From assembly GCA_002388665.1 (NCBI GenBank), contig DGMY01000040.1:8093-72092 (forward strand): a stretch of 64,000 nucleotides of DNA. The letters run 5' to 3'. This document shows, one piece after another, positions 58,323 through 64,000 of the stretch. Source of the DNA: Opitutia bacterium UBA4506 (GTDB taxonomy: Bacteria; Verrucomicrobiota; Verrucomicrobiia; Opitutales; Puniceicoccaceae). Position 1 is the stretch's first letter. Every line of letters starts with the position of its first letter. The notes beneath the pieces were generated by a model. It made no database searches and had not been told where the DNA came from. It saw nothing but the letters and a program-made list of their open reading frames with translations. A program made the translations under genes and the position numbers.

Positions 58323-60044
58323 ATGGCTTACGCGATTTATCGGCAATTGAAGATTAAGTCTCTGTCGCATTTAGTGAGGGCGACTCGACACAACGAAAGG
58401 AAGCAGGAAGTCAGCAACGCTGATCCGAATTGCCGTCAGCAAAATGTGGTAGAAGCCTCAGATGATCCGATTGTTTCAGCATGGAAGGAGAAGGTTGGTG
58501 ACCAGAAAATTCGCAAGAATGGGGTGCTAGCTGTCGAGCTGCTGTGCGGATTTTCTCCGGAAGCTCGAGATTGGATCTCTCCAGATCGATGGCTCTCAAG
58601 TTGTAAAGAATTCGTGGCAGAGGAGTTCGGAGGATCAAGAAATATTATCCATTCAGCCCTCCATATGGATGAAAAAACTCCGCACTGTCACTTTATTGTG
58701 GTCCCGTTACGTCCAGATAATCAAAGGCTATCGGCATCGTTTTTCTCCGATGGTTCGAGAAATCTGGCGACTCGACAGACACGATTTGCTCAGAAGGTCG
58801 GGGTCGAATTTAATCTATTACGAGGTGATGAAGGGAGCAGGGCAAAGCACATTCCACCATCCGAATATCGCGCACAAATGGATGCAGCTGCTGAGGAAGC
58901 GCCGGAAGTTGTTGCAAAGAGAATGCTCGAGTCGGCCGAAGATCACGCTCGGAAGGCAACAGCGCAAATGGAGATAGAGGCCCGTGCCCGTAAAGACGCC
59001 GAAATTCGAGCTGAGCAAGCTCAACTGCGTGCGAAGCGGGCCGAGGCCGAGGCTCGCAAGCAGGGGGATAGGCTCCGCGAAATGGACCTTTTTGTAGTAA
59101 TGCAGGCCTGCGGATTTGAGGCGCAACGGGTGGAGGGGAAGGAGCACATTTTCGAGACCGAGCAAGGATTCGTTTCGATTAACCCCGAGAAACAAAAATA
59201 CTCCTGCGATTGGTCACGAGGAGGGGGCGGGGCAATCGATCTGGCCAAGGAGGTTAGAGGGCTCACTTACGGCGAGGCAATACAATGGCTCGCCAGTTTG
59301 GACCCAGCTGCAGCAGCGTCGAGTGCAGCGGCCTATGCTGAGCGTTTTGCAAGAAAGGCGAAGCCGGTCGACGAGAATGCACGGACTCAACATCAGATCG
59401 AGCCCGATGACGGTAAACTGGATCAGGTAAGAAACTATTTAATCAGCCGTCATATTGATCCCGATCTAGTCGATTCGGAAATCGAAAAGGGAAACCTATG
59501 GGCGAATCGTTTCGGCTCTTGTGTATTCATTCACCCGGATCCTGATCATCCCGAAGCGCTATTAGGTGCGGAAATTCGAGGAACTTTATCAAATTTCAAG
59601 GCGTTCGCTGGCAGGAAAGGGTCCTACGTCGTCGCAGATCTTGGAAGCGACGAGATCGCGGTGGTCGAGTCGGCCATAGACGCTTTAAGCCTCCGCTCTC
59701 TCGGCTATAAGGGTGAGGTTCATAGTGCAGCTGGTTCATCAGTGCCCGCGAGAATCCTGGCCGAAGCAAGAGAGGGGAAACTCGTTCTTGCCTTCGACGA
59801 CGATCAGGCGGGACGACGTGGTTGCGACCGGGCGAAAAAGGTCCGGCCGGACGCAAAGCACCTCAGGCCGCCATCTGGGAAAGATTGGAATGGCTACTTA
59901 TCTCTCATTCGTCGCGCCGCTAGTGGGGCGCGTCGAATCACCTCAAAAATGATAAAAACAGGAAAACGATATGCTCAATACATTGCTAACACTCGGAAAT
60001 GGCGCAAAGAAACACCTGCCGGCGAGTCAGTATCTCGGGGCTGA
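58323..60044 (+). CDS. MobV (Pre/Mob) relaxase fused to DUF3991 and TOPRIM primase-like domains
   Basis: MAYAI.R..K.K, RHNER, GVLAVE, LHMDEKTPHCH; GGGAIDL..EV..L.Y.EA..WL; YLISRHID; VVESAIDALS, LAFDDDQAG, KDWN. Confidence 0.88.
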   Translation: MAYAIYRQLKIKSLSHLVRATRHNERKQEVSNADPNCRQQNVVEASDDPIVSAWKEKVGDQKIRKNGVLAVELLCGFSPEARDWISPDRWLSSCKEFVAEEFGGSRNIIHSALHMDEKTPHCHFIVVPLRPDNQRLSASFFSDGSRNLATRQTRFAQKVGVEFNLLRGDEGSRAKHIPPSEYRAQMDAAAEEAPEVVAKRMLESAEDHARKATAQMEIEARARKDAEIRAEQAQLRAKRAEAEARKQGDRLREMDLFVVMQACGFEAQRVEGKEHIFETEQGFVSINPEKQKYSCDWSRGGGGAIDLAKEVRGLTYGEAIQWLASLDPAAAASSAAAYAERFARKAKPVDENARTQHQIEPDDGKLDQVRNYLISRHIDPDLVDSEIEKGNLWANRFGSCVFIHPDPDHPEALLGAEIRGTLSNFKAFAGRKGSYVVADLGSDEIAVVESAIDALSLRSLGYKGEVHSAAGSSVPARILAEAREGKLVLAFDDDQAGRRGCDRAKKVRPDAKHLRPPSGKDWNGYLSLIRRAASGARRITSKMIKTGKRYAQYIANTRKWRKETPAGESVSRG

Positions 60045-60210
60045 ATTCTCTGCGAAAGTGGACGACGAAGGTTGGGTGGAAACTACTCTCTACTACGCAG
60101 AGGGTGCCGTCGCTGTGTTGACGAATCCGGAAGAAGTCGAGAAGCACGCGGTCAGCGGGGATTGGCTCCGTCTGGTTGGAGAATTCTGTCCTACAGAGTC
60201 AGGTGGCTGA
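59971..60210 (+). CDS. Hypothetical protein (79 aa)
   Basis: Protein-like acidic composition; overlaps the relaxase 3' end by 74 nt; no family recognised. Confidence 0.4.
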   Translation: MLNTLLTLGNGAKKHLPASQYLGAEFSAKVDDEGWVETTLYYAEGAVAVLTNPEEVEKHAVSGDWLRLVGEFCPTESGG

Positions 60211-60626
60211 CGGATGACACCGGAGACAGAGGCTAAGAAACCTGTCGGAACATTCGGCCCACAGGTCGTTGTCCTTTTCGGTGGGTTGACACTCTTCTCG
60301 GCCGATCTTCTACCGAAGCTAACAAGCTTGATTTTCGGTAAGCCTTGCGCGGAGGCGTTTGGGTTCTGGCATTGGCCGGGTTCCGAACTCCGGAGGCGTG
60401 AGGATGGCGCGGGGCCGTTGCGTGACGTATCGGCAGATGACGGTTCCCCCGCGGTGCGGCCGGTCGAGTCCGTTTGCCGATTTAGAATTTTGCAGTTTTT
60501 AGGAATACGTTCTCAGGGTTTTGGCAGTGCCTCGAAGTCGAAGATAGGGGTTCTGGGAATCGCGAAATGCGGGAAACAGGGTTTTGACAGAGTGTAAAAC
60601 CATCTCGAAAGGTCGGAAGGATAGAA

Positions 60627-60911
60627 ATGGATAAGGATGAGCTTAAACGCTTGGAGGGGCAGATTCACGAGGAGCTCTGGAGGGGGAGGGGCATAACGAC
60701 AGCCAGAATCCTACGGAGACACAAAGCGATGACTGTCGAGTCGGCGATAGAAGCAGCGGAACGAACGCTTTTTCTCGAATGGCGTCGCGTTGTCGGACCG
60801 AAAGGTGGTCGGCCCTCTATCGTATTCTTCCAGCGTCGTCCCGGTGAAGTGTTGGTGGAGGAAGAATTAATTCCACGGTTGTTGGAACGTCTCAGAAATC
60901 TAGAAAAGTAA
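60627..60911 (+). CDS. Hypothetical small protein, possibly winged-helix DNA-binding
   Basis: GGAAGGA RBS-like sequence; ITTARILRR..GPKGGRPS wing-like motif. Confidence 0.5.
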   Translation: MDKDELKRLEGQIHEELWRGRGITTARILRRHKAMTVESAIEAAERTLFLEWRRVVGPKGGRPSIVFFQRRPGEVLVEEELIPRLLERLRNLEK

Positions 60912-60992
60912 AGATTTGTCTGAGGGCGATGTTTTGGGGCGCCCCCGTTCGAAGAATCATTTCGACGAGATCCAGGATGTCGGCGAGAGACA

Positions 60993-61424
60993 TCACCCCA
61001 ATGCGACTTGGAAGCAAGTAATTCCCTTGCTCCGCCAGTAATCGACCATCGAGCCTTTGTCCTCGAACACTAGGTCTGGGACGATGCCGAGTCGCTCCAG
61101 GAGTTTCGGCTTGACGATTGTGTCCGTCCGGAAGTCTCCGTCCGGACGCATCAGGAGATGGCTGTAGCCTTCGATTCCGTGTTTCCGGAGCCAATTCTCG
61201 GTCTGTGGCCGCACCGATTCCCTGCGGCCGGTGAGCAATATCATCTCGGGACCGGCTCCGGACGCATAGAGGGCCTGGTACGTCCGAATCACCGGGAGAT
61301 GCGGCAGATCCTCTCCGCAGCGGGAGAAAAATTCATCCCAGTTCTTTTTTTTGGCTTCCAGCAACTTCGCGCGCTCCCCCACTAGGGAGAGCGTACCGTC
61401 TATGTCCCATACGACAGTTTTCAT
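60993..61424 (-). CDS. Stand-alone HAD phosphatase resembling the phage T4 polynucleotide kinase 3'-phosphatase domain
   Basis: VVWDIDGTL (DxDxT), LTGR, T..WL, LLMRP.GDFR.D..VK, VFED, WRSKGITCFQV. Confidence 0.85.
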   Translation of the reverse strand: MKTVVWDIDGTLSLVGERAKLLEAKKKNWDEFFSRCGEDLPHLPVIRTYQALYASGAGPEMILLTGRRESVRPQTENWLRKHGIEGYSHLLMRPDGDFRTDTIVKPKLLERLGIVPDLVFEDKGSMVDYWRSKGITCFQVALG

Positions 61425-61525
61425 CCAATTGCAGAGGCCATAAAAAGATGTGATCGTCAATGCAAATACTGAACATATGTATATTTTTCATTTGCCCGAG
61501 GTGCCCTCCCTGCCAGAATACCCTC

Positions 61526-61936
61526 ATGGAAAGTGGCGAAACAGTGAAGGTCTGCCTGGCGGCAGTGTTTTGGGATCTTCTCCGGTCGGACGACTACTTT
61601 GACAAGATCCGGGACACCGACGAGATCGAGGAATTCTGCGACAGCGTATTCCGGAACGGGGTTGGCCTTTCGGGGGATGAGCAGGAACTCTACTATCGCG
61701 AACGCTTGGAAGCATACGTGAAGGAGTTCGCCGAGAAGAAGGGACTCAAGGTCTATACGGAAGAGGATGATCGGCTAAGGCTTGATGAAGCGGATTTTTC
61801 AGAGAGCGAACTCGTGTTGCTTCGTGAAGCGCGGAAGACAATGACGGATGAGGAAATTGCAGAGATGCTTGAAATGGGCCGTCTCGGAAAGTTGGAGTAC
61901 ATGCGCAGGCGAGGCAGGCTGAAGAAGTTTAACTAG
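61526..61936 (+). CDS. Hypothetical acidic protein
   Basis: Open frame, very D/E-rich with basic C-terminal tail; no family recognised. Confidence 0.6.
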   Translation: MESGETVKVCLAAVFWDLLRSDDYFDKIRDTDEIEEFCDSVFRNGVGLSGDEQELYYRERLEAYVKEFAEKKGLKVYTEEDDRLRLDEADFSESELVLLREARKTMTDEEIAEMLEMGRLGKLEYMRRRGRLKKFN

Positions 61937-61953
61937 ATTATTGCGAGTCTTAC

Positions 61954-62031
61954 ATGAAGGAACTCACCGCAGGGAAGAGCCTGGCCATCCCAGATGTCCA
62001 CCAGGACATCGAGTGGGACTTGCCAACGTAA
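61954..62031 (+). pseudogene. Truncated 5' copy of the metallophosphoesterase gene (25 codons)
   Basis: MKELTAGKSLAIPDVHQDIEWDLPT* versus MTELTAEKCLVIPDVHQDIEWVERIF at 63196. Confidence 0.8.
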
Positions 62032-62056
62032 GCGGCCTATGTTTTAACATAGGGGT

Positions 62057-62332
62057 ATGGATGGAGTTCCCCAAGAATTAAGCGCGTACCTGAGCCGGAT
62101 CGGGCGCAAGGGCGGTCAGCGCAGCCGCCGTACTTTGACTCCTGACGAGGCAAGGAGGATGGTGCGTGTTCGCGAAGCGCGGAAGCTCTACGCGAAATAC
62201 CATACCCGCTGCTTCTGGAACGCTCCCGGTGATTTCAAACCTGGGTTGGCAGATATTGATTGGGTAGCCGAGAGACTGCGTAAGCACGGTGGCCGCGAAG
62301 GATGGGAGGCTGCTTCGAGATTATGCCACTAA
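62057..62332 (+). CDS. Small putative antitoxin (KGG motif plus helical C-terminal domain)
   Basis: YLSRIGRKGGQRSRRTL..YHTRCFW..LRKHGGREGW; stop overlaps the NTase start. Confidence 0.65.
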   Translation: MDGVPQELSAYLSRIGRKGGQRSRRTLTPDEARRMVRVREARKLYAKYHTRCFWNAPGDFKPGLADIDWVAERLRKHGGREGWEAASRLCH

Positions 62333-63177
62333 CTCCATTCCAGAAACGGGTGTTGGCGTTGCTGACCAAGAACAGGTCCGAGGAGAGCCATCTTGCCGGA
62401 GCAACGGGGCTTGGACTCTCACCGGAATCGAGTCGATTTAGCTACGACTTGGATTACTTCCACGACACCGAGGAGGCTGTTGCCGAAGCATTTGCTCTTG
62501 ATCGGGCCGCACTCGAAGCCTCTGACATGGACGTAGAAGGGTTGGTGACGCAGCCGGGATTTATCAGAGCTTTGGTTTCGGACTCCGAGAATGAACTTCG
62601 TGTGGAATGGGCGCATGACAGCGCGTGGCGGTTCATGCCTCCGGTTGAGATGGAAGGAGTCGGCTTTGTTTTGCATCCGGTTGATCTGGCGGTGAACAAG
62701 GTGCTGGCCCTTGCGGGCCGGGACGAACCCCGCGACCTGATCGACACGCTGTTCGTGCATGAACACATCCTTCCCCTCGGAGCTTTGGTTTGGGCCGCAT
62801 CGGGGAAAGATCCGGGGATGAACCCGGCAATGCTGATCGAATTGCTGCAACGCAAGGGGAAGCTCAGGGAGGAGGACTTGCGCTACCTGGAGATCGAAAC
62901 GGTTCTGGATCTAGCGGAACTGAGATCGGCATGGAGGGATGCTCTTGCCGAGGCGAAATCCTTCGTGAATTCCAGGCCATCGGATGAAGCGGGTCGCCTT
63001 TACGTCGATCCGGCCAGCGGCCGCTTCATCGCCCCTGAGAAGGATCAGGAAGTCGAATTGCACGAAGCGACACGGGGAGGGGTGTTGCCATTCGTGGAGG
63101 GACTCGGGTGCGATCGTCCGGACGAAATGACCTCCCGGTTCTTTGCTCTTAAAGGTCCGGGTTCGCAAAAAATCTAA
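62323..63177 (+). CDS. AbiEii/MenT-type nucleotidyltransferase toxin
   Basis: HLAGATGL (GGTAL-like), RFSYDLDYF (SxDxD), NKVLALAGRDEPRDLID; start at MPLTPFQ. Confidence 0.78.
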   Translation: MPLTPFQKRVLALLTKNRSEESHLAGATGLGLSPESSRFSYDLDYFHDTEEAVAEAFALDRAALEASDMDVEGLVTQPGFIRALVSDSENELRVEWAHDSAWRFMPPVEMEGVGFVLHPVDLAVNKVLALAGRDEPRDLIDTLFVHEHILPLGALVWAASGKDPGMNPAMLIELLQRKGKLREEDLRYLEIETVLDLAELRSAWRDALAEAKSFVNSRPSDEAGRLYVDPASGRFIAPEKDQEVELHEATRGGVLPFVEGLGCDRPDEMTSRFFALKGPGSQKI

Positions 63178-63195
63178 GTTAGATTTTTTACGCCC

Positions 63196-63954
63196 ATGAC
63201 CGAACTCACCGCAGAGAAGTGCCTCGTCATCCCAGACGTCCACCAGGACATCGAGTGGGTCGAGCGGATCTTCGACCGGGAGATCGGTTGGGATCGTTGC
63301 GTCTTTCTCGGGGATTACTTCGATCCGAAGGGAAAGCCGGTCGGGGAGTTGGCGGGAGTTCGGGCTACCGCCCGGTATATCCGGGAGCTAACCGGGCGTC
63401 ACGGCGATCAGATCACTCTCCTGTGGGGAAACCACGACATCCCCTATTGGGAAATGAAGAAGCGAATGCGGACGGGAAACCTGGATGAATTTTTCTACGG
63501 GGGCGGGGTTGCGAGTCGAAACAAAAGCCGGGTCCACAACATCTTCAAGGAATGGGACGATGAATTCGTCGGCCGCTTGCGGCTCTTCACCGTCGTCAAC
63601 GGCCGTCTCCTTTCCCACGCCGGACTCGCCCGGTCCTTCTGGCCGGAAGCCGATTCGATCGACGAGTCCCTCGGTCTCCTGGAACGGCAATCGAAAGAGG
63701 CTCTCCTGGCCGTCCACCGGCAACCTCATCCCCTGCTTGCTCCCGGCCAGTCACGAGGCGGATCTCAGGAATTTGGCGGGTTGACCTGGCAATGCTGGAT
63801 CGGGGATTTCTGCGATACGTTGCCCCTTCCTCAGATCGTCGGCCACACGGCATCCTCGGGGGTCCGGCAAAAGGGAAAGAGCTTTTGCATCGACGGGACG
63901 CAGACCTGCTATGCGGTGATCAAGGGAGAGCGGATCCGATTTGAATGCGCCTGA
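63196..63954 (+). CDS. Calcineurin-like metallophosphoesterase
   Basis: PDVH (DxH), LGDYFD (GDxxD), GNHD, LSHAG, QIVGHT. Confidence 0.9.
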   Translation: MTELTAEKCLVIPDVHQDIEWVERIFDREIGWDRCVFLGDYFDPKGKPVGELAGVRATARYIRELTGRHGDQITLLWGNHDIPYWEMKKRMRTGNLDEFFYGGGVASRNKSRVHNIFKEWDDEFVGRLRLFTVVNGRLLSHAGLARSFWPEADSIDESLGLLERQSKEALLAVHRQPHPLLAPGQSRGGSQEFGGLTWQCWIGDFCDTLPLPQIVGHTASSGVRQKGKSFCIDGTQTCYAVIKGERIRFECA

Positions 63955-64000
63955 AAACGCTGCCATCGAGGTTCGTTCCATTTCCACGACCGGTCCGGAA

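Larger units (their letters stand above)
61954..63259 (+). repeat. 64-bp imperfect direct repeat (61954-62017 and 63196-63259) flanking the toxin-antitoxin pair
   Basis: 57 of 64 bases identical by manual alignment; both copies end at GACATCGAGTGGG. Confidence 0.9.

Noticed and set aside
60214-60597. 127-aa ORF inside the element
   Set aside because: Composition looks non-coding (G/R/S/F-rich, no motif); may be a cis-acting region, but no iterons were seen
63941-64000. Possible start of a next gene overlapping the phosphoesterase stop
   Set aside because: Only about 20 codons visible in two possible frames; cannot be called

Overview
About 56 kb of bacterial chromosome followed by the left end of an integrated mobile element. 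PEP-CTERM proteins, a prepilin/H-X9-DG protein and the LacI type suggest Verrucomicrobiota, probably Opitutia; this is inference. The chromosomal part holds housekeeping genes (rplS, trpA, thyA-folA, hemF-hemE, rpiB-clpP-dapF-like, purL-purM-purQ-purC, recJ, coaD, gltB, tal), four tRNAs (Val-TAC, Gln-CTG, Gly-CCC, Ser-GGA), sigma54-type regulators, glycan-degrading enzymes and surface proteins. From about 56.45 kb to the window end, an element downstream of tRNA-Ser encodes a tyrosine integrase, a small HTH protein, a MobV relaxase fused to a DUF3991/TOPRIM primase-like module, a T4-Pnkp-like HAD phosphatase, an AbiEii-type nucleotidyltransferase with a small partner and a metallophosphoesterase. 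Best leads: (1) an amino-acid-binding periplasmic domain fused to a TRIC channel, a candidate ligand-gated channel; (2) a DapF homolog with both catalytic Cys replaced by Ser; (3) the element's RNA-end-processing-like cargo, whose toxin-antitoxin pair is bracketed by a 64-bp duplicated gene start; (4) an IclR + amidohydrolase + Rieske module resembling dinuclear oxygenases; (5) a PurQ-PurS-PurS fusion; (6) a Fur/Zur-like operator in front of a His-rich PEP-CTERM/prepilin pair; (7) an H-NS/MvaT-like coiled-coil-HTH protein. All calls come from reading motifs by eye; no database search was run.
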